A stretch of DNA of 63,354 nt, the filler included, from Bipalium vagum (Eukaryota), in the NCBI GenBank assembly GCA_037834085.1. It is 3 parts of 3 records of this genome, joined end to end, with 100 filler letters (N's around TTAATTAATTAA, not from the genome) between each part and the next. Parts side by side here need not be neighbours in the genome. Positions count along the whole stretch, not along the records: positions 18,905 to 36,683 come from JBBMKC010051766.1; positions 36,784 to 63,354 come from JBBMKC010141663.1; 1 more part is not named here. One strand, given 5' to 3'. The notes under the pieces were generated by a model. The model was given only the letters and a program-made list of their open reading frames with translations. It did not search any database and had not been told where the DNA came from. The stretch's first letter is position 1. The number at the start of each line of letters is the position of its first letter. Position numbers and translations under genes: made by a program. Of the stretch, positions 26,445 through 39,011 are shown one piece after another.

Positions 26445-27539
26445 GTAAGTTGAACCAATTGAGGAACTATGTGAAAAGTATCATTTGTGTCATGGTGAAT
26501 ATTTAAAATGAATATTGGTTAAAATGTTTTTTTGCATGATTTCTCGAATAAATATGTTCTTTAAAATGCTATTCCTTTATAATAGGTATAATAATCGTTA
26601 AAAACAACCAAAAAGAATATTTATGTTTGCGGATCTGATCTAAAAATGAATTGCTATTGGGTTAAACTAAGGAACACAGTTAAATAATCAGTTAAAAGTT
26701 AACATCCAGGGTAAAAGGTTTGTTTTAATTAACACCTAAAAACTCAAATAAATAGCTTCATAATTTTGAATCTGAAAAAGTGTGATCGGTTAAATAAACT
26801 CTGTGTACTATATTTTGCAGGCAATTTTGACTGAAAATAATGATTTGAACTGGTTTATGTATCAGAATTCAATATTATTTACTGCATATGACTGGTTGTT
26901 ATGAATGTCAGTCATGGGTTGCTTTAGAGAGTGATTACTAATTATTAAAAATTGTAATTTTTTATTTTAGTATTATGTATTTAGTATTACGTATTAGTAT
27001 TAACAATCTACTGACTAAAAATCAGTAATAATGACTAAATCAATTAATATAATTCATATTTTTTAATAATAAATCTAAATAATAATAAAATAAAAAAATA
27101 ATTAATTTTTATTATCAAACAATATTAAGTGGGAATTTTTTAGCAATATTTTTAGAAAATAATTTCATAAAAGAGAATATAGAGAAAATTCCTAATCGAT
27201 TAGTATACTTTTCAATTTTTTCGGATCCCCTCATATCTTATATCTTAAAAATATTTTTTATTTATTAATTAAACAAATTATCTTATTAAAAGTTGTTGAA
27301 AAACAGTAATAAAACTTATGAAAATACTTAAAATTTAAAATGTGTCCTATTAAGTTGTGTATTGTTAATATCAGTAATAATAATCAAAAATAAAATGGAT
27401 TCTAGTTCAAAAGTATTACCTAATCTATAAATTCCCATTAACTGAAAACTACTGCCATTTTATCTATTTAATTCTTATTTTCTTTTCGTCCGGACTCTTT
27501 AATTCCATTTGATGTGGAGTTAGAAATTTTGTCATTTGG

Positions 27540-28370
27540 TAATACTTTTTAAAATTCAAATTCTTGGTGACCTCTTTGATACTTCTCGAGTTCACTCATG
27601 TTCTCTGCCGCAATCTCCAAGTTCTTACCTGAAAATTTCAGGATCTTGATACAATTGATCCTCTACACCGAAATGTAGACCTGTTTTGTAACCAAAACGA
27701 TTTCAAAAGGAAGTTTGAAACTTTCTCGGGTACCATTAATACTGAATTCGATTCTTGGTAACAATTTGTGCAAATTTTTTTTTCACATTTTCTCTAACAA
27801 TCTAGTGAATATGTCCCGGATATACCTTATCACTCTTTCTACTGATCCATTCGATTGAATGTTGTTAGGATAACCTGAACTCATGCTTAATCTCCAGTTC
27901 ATTCAATTTTTGGTTTAACCTTGAACTCTCCAAATTCTTTCTTCTCTGTCAATACTTTTTGGTCTACCTAATTTGTAGCTCCGCTGATTCATCAAGATCT
28001 TGATGGACTTATCCTCCAGCTTTGTCAATGAATTTAAACTCACTAGTTTACTGAAACGATCGATAATTACAATTAAGTATTTATAATACATTTCAGCCTT
28101 ATCCACATAGGCCACGTCAATTACGATCTGTTCCATTAAATTTGAAATTCTTCTTGGAATCAAAATCTATTTTGTGCGAGTTTGATTTATTTTGAAATTT
28201 ACACAGATAATAAGTCTTCAAACAAATATTGATCGAGCTCCACATCGACGACCAGAAATATAGACCTTTTAAAATATAAAATATTTTCTTACTTCCAAAA
28301 TGATAAAATTTTTCTGAATTATAATCAGATCTGGTTCATCTTTTCTTATTCCCAGTAAGCCATCCACCTC
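27540..28370 (-). mobile_element. Ty3/Gypsy integrase remnant
   Basis: HFGSKKIFYILKGLYFW (zinc-finger region), EQIVIDVAYV...YLIVIIDRFSKLV, GRPKSI, QSNGSVERVIRYIRD and PFEIV match integrase core motifs. Frameshifted. Confidence 0.88.
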
Positions 28371-31300
28371 CAGATTATTTCTCAATTTAATATTAAGCAA
28401 AACAGTATTATCTGATTTCCTCACTTTTTCGTGTTAAGGTTTGTTAAGATCCTAAAATATCAAAAATGTGTGGAGGTGTCTTTAGGACTTAACGTCGAAG
28501 GTTGCTTTTTATTATTTAAAAATCTCTAAAATAAAATATTAAGATTTCAAAAATATTTTTTTTAAAAAATGTAATTACAAACAAGTTGGTGATGATTGTC
28601 CTTGGTGGAGTTTAAAGTTTAACTTTGGGATTTTAATTTATTAGGTTAGAAAAATTCCTCTCACATTTAGGGTCAGAGGCCTCAATTAAAAAAATTAATT
28701 CACCCTCATACTTAGCGTGTGAAATAAAAAAAGTAAAAGAAAAAAGTTAAAATAAATGAGAAAATTAAAAAATTGGTTGATGATCAAGTGCTAAGCTTGA
28801 ATTTTTACTTAGAATTAATTTTAATATATTTAGCTCACTTTGTTTTGTTCGCAAAGTGTATTATCATATTTAACTTTGTCTTAATTATAAGACTAGCAAA
28901 TAAGTATTATTATGAAATCGACTGTGTTATTATGTATTACTGATGGATACCTTATCTTGTTAAAATTTTTAATTGTATACAAATCAATTACTTTTTGGCA
29001 TAAATACTTTTTCGAATCAGTGTACCGCGTCTATCGTCTGTGTTGTGCCGTTTTTTATGAATGCCACTTCATTTTATTGTAACGCTAAAGTCGTAGGTTT
29101 GCTGAAATAAAAATAGCTTGGTGGATAGTTAAATTCTTCTAAAATTGACAAAAAGTAGGCTGGTTGAAATCTTGTAAGATTACTCTTTATTACAATAAGT
29201 ATATTTTCTGTCTCATTTACTATTTCCTACATGCTTTTATATTGATTATTTTTCTGTCTTTTCTAAAAATAATTATTATTGTTCCCTTCCTATATTATTA
29301 ACATATTCCTTGCTATTTTAAGTTTTCAACAATTTTTAATGTTTCTTCTATCCTTAGTTAGTCTTACTTAAATTAAAATTTTAAAAATTTTATTAATTCT
29401 CCTTTTTTATTATAATAAAAAAATTATTTATTTAGTAATATTTTAGTTTTTAATTTACAATTATTTTATTTTACTATTTACATGCTCATAATAAAATAAT
29501 CACCAGCATAAATAAATAAAAGGTTTTTTGATACAATAAAAATGAATGGATTACAAAAAGACAGGTTTAAGAAAATCAATTTCGAAATGATCAAGTATTT
29601 TATAATATTCGGTTTAAAAGCTTCGGTGGGAATCTCACACGTTCATTAATTGTTAATAAATCACTCTGTAAGAAAATAAACTTTATTACTCCCTCAATAC
29701 CAAAACAAGTTTACATTATAAATGTAAATAAATTTTTCAAAATTTTACATAATCAATTAACATAGAATCAACATTTTCCGAATCATATCAAAAATAAAAA
29801 TAACATAATAAAATAATGATTAAATCAAATGAAAATAATTGTCACAGAATTATAGTTATTAACAAAGAATGAATGCAAAGCGAAATACAATTAAAAAGTG
29901 GAACGTTCTCATCAATTAAGGAACTGCTAGGTTCCTTGGTATACAACAAATTCCTTAAAGAAGTTTTTTTATCGAGTTTTCAACGGTCAATTCAACTATA
30001 TATTGATGAATCTTTTCGAATTTGAGAATCTTCAACTCTGAAAGGTTTTATGGCCAGCATATGTCAGTGTTGGGAGCTCATTCTTAACATACTAGAAAAG
30101 AAAATAAAAAATACGGAGAGCGAAGAGTAAAAGAAAAGATTTTCCAAATCGTTCGCAGTGGAATCAAATAAAGAGCTCGTTCGGGCTTAAAAGATCACTG
30201 CCGCTTAATAAAACCAACCGTCATTCTCAGTTGTAATCAGTTAATAATTAACAAAGTAAAATAACACTAAATTGGAATGTTTTATGAATTTTAAAATCAA
30301 GTTAGAAAATATTGTTAAAATTTTACTTTAAATGCTTAAAACTTTAACCTTATATGAAAATTAAACTGATTCTTCAATAATATTACCTGTTGTACTTATG
30401 TATCACAAAATAATTCAACTATAAAATAATTAAACTACAAAATAATTCAACACAGAAAACTATTAATCAAGATAAGTTTGTCAATTAGCCAACTACACAA
30501 ATCACAGATCAATAATCAAATTTGCACACACAATTCGAAATTCAATACTATCAAGTTAAATCCACTGCTAAATAAAAGTTTATGAAACAAAGAAGTAATT
30601 AGACGATAAATAATCAGATTCGATAATAATTGTGAGCAATGTCAGTAATCAGTATCGAATAATATCATCAAACGATAATAAATGAAAAAAGGATTCAGAG
30701 TAACATACAGTTAGTTATTAATGAAATAAAAGAAAAATAAATAAAGTTAAAAATTATAAACCAATCACCAGATGAGAACTGAGATGATTTTCTGGATCGT
30801 CAGGTAGGCAACGTTAGGTCATCTGGAACTTGCAAAAACTCATCTGTAAACAACAATTGTTAAAAGAGAATTCTTAATAGAGAATTACTCACTAAAATAA
30901 TTAAAGAAAAATCTATCATATTGCTTACAAATCAACTTCTGAATTTCTAAGCAATATATATTCCTCAGACTTTCCAAAAACAAAATATGAAGTTCGCTCA
31001 AAAAATACTTTCTTTTATATCCGAGTGGCCTTTACAAACTTTCCATTTATATATGGGACTCTTCATCCAGATGGCGGTCGTTGACTGAAGAAATTTGAGA
31101 TAAATAATCCATTATTACTTATTGAAAAAAGAATTTACATAATTATATATTTTTTAATTGCGGACGTAGAAAAATGACGAAATATTTATTGCTTAATAAA
31201 ATGTATATTATTATAGTAATATTTATTAATATTAATAAACTTTATTCAGTTGAACGAAAGCTTATTTCGTTAATATTAATTAATGCTTACATATTAAACA

Positions 31301-32158
31301 TATTTAATTACACAACTTACGAGTTTTTTCTCATAAATCAGCACATTTTAAAAATACATAAATAATGACTATTTTAGCCAATTTATTAAAATCCAACCAA
31401 TTAAATTAAAACACAAAAAAATCACCGAATTTAGGTTGCTTCAAAAAAATAATCTATCAATATTAAACTCATTTTTAAAATAAAAATGCTAAGATCCACT
31501 AAAATTGAAGAATTCAATTAAAAAGTGGCCTTAATTGTTGTTGAGTTTTCGTTCAGCGAATGGGGGCAAACTCGATGCAGTATGTCTGAAATATGGACAT
31601 ATAAGATTTGATGTAGCTTAGACCTAGTTGCTTATCTGCCAAGAGGAAGTATTGTTTGGCATATCGGTTTGGTGGAAGAGTTTGATGGGCTAGGAATTAT
31701 GGTTCATTATGGGTGTAGAATTTTTAATTGAAGGTTATTATTGATTGTGTGAGAGGAAAATATGATTACTGGCATGATTCCCTCGAATTTTCTCCTTAGA
31801 ATTTCCAGTGAACACAAATTGTTATCAATGCACTGTCTTCGTTCTAGAAAATAATAAACAAAACGTGTCTCCAATATACAATATTCAATCATCAGTGATT
31901 TTATACTGAAAAGTTTCCGTAATTCAAATGATCAATATTTGGATTCTTTTTATTAAAAATATTAGATTTTTTTCCGTAATGATAATATTATATTTCATAA
32001 TAATAATTTCTGTTAATTATTTTAATGTGATTTTTATTTTGGTGTTAATTTGATAATAATAATAATAAAAATTAGGATCTATTAAATATCAGGCAGGTAT
32101 TTAATTTATCATAATTTTTAAAAAGTTATACAGTCAGATTTAATTGATGTTTTCTTGC

Positions 32159-32872
32159 TGTCATGTTTAATAATAAATAAATTACAATAACCAATTTTCC
32201 TTATAACGACAAAAAATTAATTTTTTATTGAGAATTTATTTTTTACGTATGATTAGGAAACTTAATCTATTAAATTATTCAGGGCGAACACGTCATGGCG
32301 CTCATTAAATTATTCGGGCGAACACGTTTGGCCCGAGCTAAATAATTAAAGTTCCCGGATTGTCATTATCCTAATGGAAAAGTAGAGCGGATGGGTCACG
32401 CAGAGATAGAGGGCTTATTGATTTGGTATTGAGAGCAGCCGCAGAGTTAATTATTCAGCTCAGACGACTAAGGACGGGCTGAGCTGGATAATAGTAAGCT
32501 CCGGGTTCCTGCGCAGGCAAAGCCAGAAGATGGATGATATCCCTGTTGTGATTAGTGAATGGCCGATGGAAGAAAGATGGATTGTATATAAGTAACTACC
32601 AGATTTTCCAGAGTCAGAGCAGAATCGAGAATTAGAATCAAATTGAACCGAAAGTGAAACAAAAATTAGAGTTAAACGAGGAGAAACAAAATGACAGAGA
32701 CGGTGACGACGAAAAGAAAAGGCGAACGAAGTATTGAATTGAACATTATTATTGTTAAGTGATTTTGTTTGTCAATAAATTATTTTCTTTTACGATATTA
32801 TTTATTCGAACGGATCATTATTTTTTAATTCGGAGTCTGGAAAATTAGTTAATATTTATTCCAATATTGACA
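32159..32872 (+). mobile_element. Solo-LTR-like module (714 bp)
   Basis: TGTCA...TGACA inverted termini, duplicated 24-25-bp motif (32269-32293 and 32304-32327), hairpin 32450-32492, TATA-like tatataa at ~32585 and AATAAA at ~32774. TSD not matched. Confidence 0.55.
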
Positions 32873-32904
32873 CTGTTACTGACTATTGTGTTCGTAAATT
32901 TTTA

Positions 32905-33643
32905 GATTTTGCATTAATTTCCGTTTGTTTTGATTAACTAATTAATTAAATATTTTAGCGATAATTTAAATCAATTGGTAAGAATTGTTAAGTATTAATA
33001 TTAAAATTTTAAAATAATATTTAAGTTGTACAACAAATCTGATCTTTTTATTAAAAAAAGCACATTTACGAGAGGCGTTGCCTTTTTGTTTTCATCTTAA
33101 GTGTTGTATAAAGTCAAAAGGATGCTTTCAGAAGGTTATGGCAACCAGGCCTTGTCTGAAACAATGCCGATATTTGTTTCGGTAATTCAAAATGGGTGAC
33201 TTTGATTTGTAGAATAAACAATGTTGGGGTCAACAAAAGCACTTTTCAGATTAAGATTTTGAAAAAGTGTTGATTAAAGTTCGATCCTTAACAATTGAAA
33301 CAATGTCAGAAGTCATTAATGTAAATAAGTCTATCTTAAGCAGATCATTAACAGGGATTGGATACAATCAAAAATTCAGAAAGTGGTTACCTCATCAATT
33401 GAAACTAGAAGATATCTTAAAACGATTAGGTATTTGTTGACGTTGCTCAGCAGAAAAGTTCTTTTTACATTTTATTACTTTGATGAAAATGAATTTTTTA
33501 TTATAATCGGATTTGATAAGCATGTGAAGCCTAGTTAATCGGGAAAAGTGACACCAAAATGAGACTTGAATGGATACAAGGTGATGTTTTATACTTTTTT
33601 GGGATCAAAGTATTTTTTTACGATATTATTTCACTATGAACTC
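32905..33643 (+). mobile_element. Mariner copy, 3'-truncated; same family as 41039-42257
   Basis: Shares the 5' leader gataa(t/c)ttaaatcaattggtaaga and gaggcgttgcctttttgtttt with the 41 kb copy. Has KWLPHQL and ITFDE motifs and ends abruptly at an LTR-like TGTCA. Confidence 0.85.
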
Positions 33644-36613
33644 TGTCATAATACTTAGCTCGCAAAGTTACTGATCCCTTCACTTTTCTCTATACGTGTA
33701 CGCAAATGAATGAATCAAAAAACTACAAACAACATCTTATAACCAAAGTAAAAATAAAAAACACAATGTCTCCAATAATCAATAAAAATGTCTTCAATCA
33801 CAAAATCAAGTGTTTCAATAGTCGATCACACTAAAAATCAAATGTCTTGAATAATAATCAATTGAATAATTAACTTTCAATATAAATTAAATGTCAATTA
33901 AATTAAAATGAAAAAGAAAATAACGATATCCTCACCAATTTGACGACATGTCCTAAAGGCGGTTTGATCAGAAACCCCCTAACAGCACAGGACCCGCCGT
34001 GAACCCCTGTCACATAGAGGGCATAAAGAATTGTTCACTAGGTGCAGCTTTGTCCTTGAACGCAAATGTCTACTGACGCTGTTCCTCTCTGATAATTTTA
34101 TGGTAATCCACAGTGGATTCCAACTCTTTAAATACTATTCTGGTTAGACTACTAACCAGTCGTAGACCAGCTTGATTAATGAGGAATGAAAATTCCTTTT
34201 TTAGATAATTACTAAATTGGTTCCACCTTCGGACCCTGAAAGAAATCTTGGCAATTTAGGTTCGCCATTGTCAAGATTAGATACCTTAAAAAATAATTAA
34301 TTGCCTGTTCTTTTTAATTAACTTTTCATTATTATTTAGTATTATTATTATTAAATTTCTGACCCTTTTGCGGTCTTAATAAATAAATAATAATTATAAA
34401 TAATCTTACTCTTTTGTGTTCTTTATCTTTTAATTTGTATCAGGGTTAACAGGGATGTGCCCTTGGATAATCCAGCATATGTAAAAATTTATCTTCTGTT
34501 GAATCCAAATTACTATGAGAACTACTGATAAGTTGCACTATTGAATCAAATCAATTAAAAAAAACTTTATTACAGTAATCACAGTATACTAAAAGCAATC
34601 AGTTATCAAGAAATCACAATAAAGGTTCAGAGGATTACATTAAATTAACTAAAATTTGTTTATTATATGTTAATTAAATAAACAATTTAACAAAATTACT
34701 GTAACTTTAAATCAAGAAGAAGAAAATCTCACCATGAGCGACAATGGTTCCCCGGGTCGTCCGCTATGCCCTGTATAGTTACTACCTTGGGTCTCCAAAA
34801 CCTCGACTCGTCCCATTGAAAAAATCGTTGTGGCATCTTCTTCATATACGATTATTAATTTTTGAACTCTTCTTTGAATTGATAATGTGTTATTTCTCTT
34901 TTGTTTTTGGACGAATTTCTGAATGAAATTATATACTAGTACTTATACTTATACTAGTCTTATATACTATATATATTATATATACTATAGTCTTATATAC
35001 TAGTAGATATTGAACGAAAACCGCCAATTTCTACTTTTGGAATTTTATTTCCTCCAGTAGGCCATTAATTCCAAAATCAATTTTTCATTGACACATAAAG
35101 TTATTGTTATTATTATTATTATTGTTATAGTGATCCTTTGCAAACCCAAAAATTATTACCATAACAGTGAGAATTGATGCAAATACCTAATAACAAATAA
35201 AAATGAATGAGAATCAACACAAATTTATATATAATTAAATTCTATCATCAATATTCAAGTTTTTCATCTTGAAATTATTTAATTTTTAGCCAAATCCAAA
35301 AAATTAAGTTTAACCCTTATTTTAAAGAAATGATAAGAAGACTTCTCGCTCTTAAATTCAAAGGTCAAAGAAAACCTGGTTCATTACTCTACAGAGTTTG
35401 TGAATCTGAATAAAAAAAATGAATGGAAACATCTGTTACATTGTTATAAATGGGTAACTAGGCTATTTTATTGACCAATCAATTTTTTTTATTAATTTGA
35501 ATCAAAATAACCACAATAACCTTCTAAAATCAAAATAATCTCAATAACTCTTAATAAAAATGAATCAAAATAATCACACAATAATCTTTACTAAATAAAT
35601 CAAATGAATCACAATAAACCTTTATTTCACCACAATGCGTATCGTAGAACGATCACAATACGTCAAGTTCTAATAATCACTTAATATCACAAATCCCAAT
35701 GATGTCTTAAGTCAAATCAATGAGAAACTAATAAAATAATTAATTTTAATATCTATTTACTATTGTTACTATTATACTTTGACTTAGTAACGTGTGCTCG
35801 TGTACTCATAACTCCTCACTTTTATAAAAATTTTTGTCCGTTTCCTTTTAAACCTTATCTGAATCAAAACACCCACAATAATATTGTATCCGCGCCCTAT
35901 GAACTGAACCAAAATGTCCTCAATAAAACTTTATTGACAAAAACACAATCACAATATTGATCACCACGAGAAGTCTCTAATAAGTCCAACAACAGAAAAT
36001 AAATAATAATAAAATAAACACACTATTATTAATGAGATGAGATAGAAAGAGAATCACAAAGAAAGAAATTCTTGGAAAGTAATACCAGAAATCAGCTGAA
36101 AAAATAATAAACGGTTACTAAGAGCTACAAGGAGTCCCCGGGTCGCCCTCTAGGCCCTTCTCAGGTCACCTAGGTGTTCCCAAGTTCAATCGGCCACCTT
36201 TTGAAATACTTCTGCGTTATCATATCCGCGGAAAATCTGATATACCTGCGTCGTCCTGTAGTCGTCTTGTAGTTGTCCTGAATTCGTAGACTTCTCCTAA
36301 TTTGACGTTTTCTGAGTTCGTAGCGTTCTAATTTGACATTTGGGCAAATTGATGGGAATAGCTGTCTCTTTATGTATTCGCAGGGATTGGGCTACGATCA
36401 CCAATCCCTATGCTCCGAAGCGGCTATTTCCATCAATAGCTTTTAATTACTTTCCCTGTCTTCACGATGAGATAAGAAGGATTATTATCTCCCATGATGG
36501 GAAATAATTCTGATAATAAATAATTCTTCTCAATTTCAACGCCGAGGCTGATATTATCTAGTCTTTAATTACTTTCTCTAGGAAGAATTATTATCGTGAT
36601 TACTTAGATTTTC

Positions 36614-36620
<7 letters not shown>
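33644..36620 (-). mobile_element. Cluster of three adjacent solo-LTR-like modules (~33644-34451, ~34480-35166, ~35434-36620)
   Basis: Each starts TGT and the first two end AACA. All share the layout A/C-rich tract, then GC-rich core, then AT-rich tract. Modules 2 and 3 share tccccgggtcg. No TSDs confirmed. Confidence 0.4.

Positions 36621-36683
<63 letters not shown>
36617..36683. repeat. (ATT)n microsatellite abutting the assembly gap
   Basis: About 22 perfect ATT units running into Ns. Confidence 0.95.
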
Positions 36684-36783
36684 NNNNNNNNNNNNNNNNN
36701 NNNNNNNNNNNNNNNNNNNNNNNNNNNTTAATTAATTAANNNNNNNNNNNNNNNNNNNNNNNNNNNNNNNNNNNNNNNNNNNN
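36684..36783. other. Artificial assembly spacer (N44-TTAATTAATTAA-N44)
   Basis: Same 100-bp structure as 18805-18904. Confidence 0.97.
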
Positions 36784-37249
36784 TCAGAAATATTTTTACA
36801 CCGTAAAACAAAATAATCCCTTGTAAATATATTATATTACATATACTATATTATTATCATTTCAATACATTTCATAAAATTATACATAAAATATAAAATA
36901 ATCTTGATATCGGCATTAAATGTTTAAAAAAATCAAGATTTTTAGGTTGATGCAAGATTTTTTACCATCACTGTATAATAATTGAGAGAATTTGATTTAA
37001 AGCAATGTTCAAGGATTAAATAATTTTTATTGTTATTTGCTTTTAATTTTTGATTGCTTTGATTAACAATTCGCATTCCTCACAATTTTTTTTTGTTAAA
37101 AGATTAATCAAGAAAGTAATTTTTCTTTTATTAAAAATTAAAATGAAGTCAAATTTGGAAATTAACATTTTTTATTAAAATTACTCTATAAGAAATATAA
37201 GCCAAAAAATTATCTTAATCAACTAAATTAAAGAAGATATTGTTTCAAT

Positions 37250-38800
37250 TATTTTGAGTTAGTGAAGAGCTATGCAATCTTATTTGGATACTTAATACGA
37301 CCTTTGGAAGAAGAACCAATTGGTACAATAGACTCATTACCTTCAAATACGGTAAAATATTGTAGATATTTCTTAAATGATTATATCATCACATGAACCA
37401 AAGTATTTCGGTATCATAGATATATAAGGGTATATACATATATTTCGCGGAAGACATTAACTTTAGACTTTTATCAAAGAAAATATTAAATTTCGTTTTC
37501 AGAATTCATGAATATTGTTCCTCAATCAACAAATGATTACTTTCGAATCCTAAATCTCATTATTTACTTATACCATCAGAAATGTGAAGGTTCTAGAAAA
37601 TACATAAAATCTTAAACTACAAACAATTAGGTTAGGATTCATTGTGTCTACCGAAATGCCATACCCTCAACTCTCTGATGCACTTTCACTACATTAAATA
37701 TACAAAGTTATTCTACTCGTCCAATAGTAATATATATAAAAGATGATTATGTAAGCATTTATTAAGTCCAGTCATTTAAAAAAATCAGCAGAACTTATTG
37801 GAGAAATGTAGTCAAGGTGTATTCCCAAATCAATAAACCATGTAAGGAGACTAAATTCACACACATTGGGGTACTACATGTTACAATGACTTGGAAAAGA
37901 AATAACAGTATAAGTATTTAGTCTCGAAATCCGAACCTAGAGTATTAATATGAAATACAGTGATTTTACGATAGAAATTCTAAATTGACATCGATAAGTG
38001 AAATAACACAATTTAAGAAACAACTTATTTTCAAATGTCATAAACACATTGTTAATGTCAAAGCCATCAATAAAATTAAGTCTTGAAATCATTCTACATT
38101 ATCTTTAAAATGGCCATCTACTTATGTTTTGCCTTATTAACAAATAAAAATACTCCCTCAATCACTGAATGAAGGTTTCAAATATCTCATGATTACAGAA
38201 ATCTCTACTACCCACTACTTTCCGTGGCAAATCAACCAACTCCTCTCAGTTATTGTGGGTTTACTCTGGAAGTCATTTCTACTTACCATGATTGTCTTAG
38301 AAATTATCAAGCAACCACTTTGGCTCAATGAAACCGACATGAGAACGATCATGTACGCTCTCAATTTCCAAATTGGATCCGCAATTTGTTCCAAAGTCAA
38401 TTTTAATGAAATGCATTAATTTTAAAGTTTCAAAATATCATCCAGCTTAAAGAAATTCTGTTGTCACCATAATTATCATTAAACCAATCTCATTCACATC
38501 TGTACCAATAAAATGACCATAGAGTTCCATACATGTTATGTTAAGCAGAAAAATTAACTGGGACTTATTAATTCTAACAGGATTTTATCGGAACTTGACA
38601 ACAGGAATTGTGATTATCAAATAATCGATAGAATATGTTCCTCAAAAGTTTTTGTAACAATAATTATTACATTCAGTTTTACTAAAAGACCAGGTCAATG
38701 AAAAAGAATTGATTCTTATGAGAATATCATCATGGGAATATTCCAATAAAATTAATATCCATATCATTCATCATAAAACCCCCTTAACTATTTCCTTCCA
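37250..38800 (-). mobile_element. Highly decayed Ty3/Gypsy pol remnant
   Basis: Faint RT-like IIIVTKTFEEHI and ELYGHFIG and integrase-like D*GTIFMNSE fragments, in RT-to-INT order on the minus strand. Confidence 0.4.
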
Positions 38801-39011
38801 ACCTTTACCACAAAGTCCCTCCCTCGCCATTCCAATAAGTAAATTTTCTCTTTTAAATATAATGCTCCTTTTTATCCAATGAAATCTCTATAAAAATACA
38901 AAATGTAATTTGTTTACTAACTTCAATAAATAATTAAATAAGAGACACTTTAATAACTAAAATGTTAAAAACTATACAAAAATCAAAAAAATGAGATAAT
39001 CTATAGATCGA

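Noticed and set aside
34930-35010. Quasi-palindromic tatactagt repeats suggesting a Helitron or hairpin end
   Set aside because: Short low-complexity tandem variants, without the GC-rich subterminal hairpin and CTRR-T junction expected of Helitrons.
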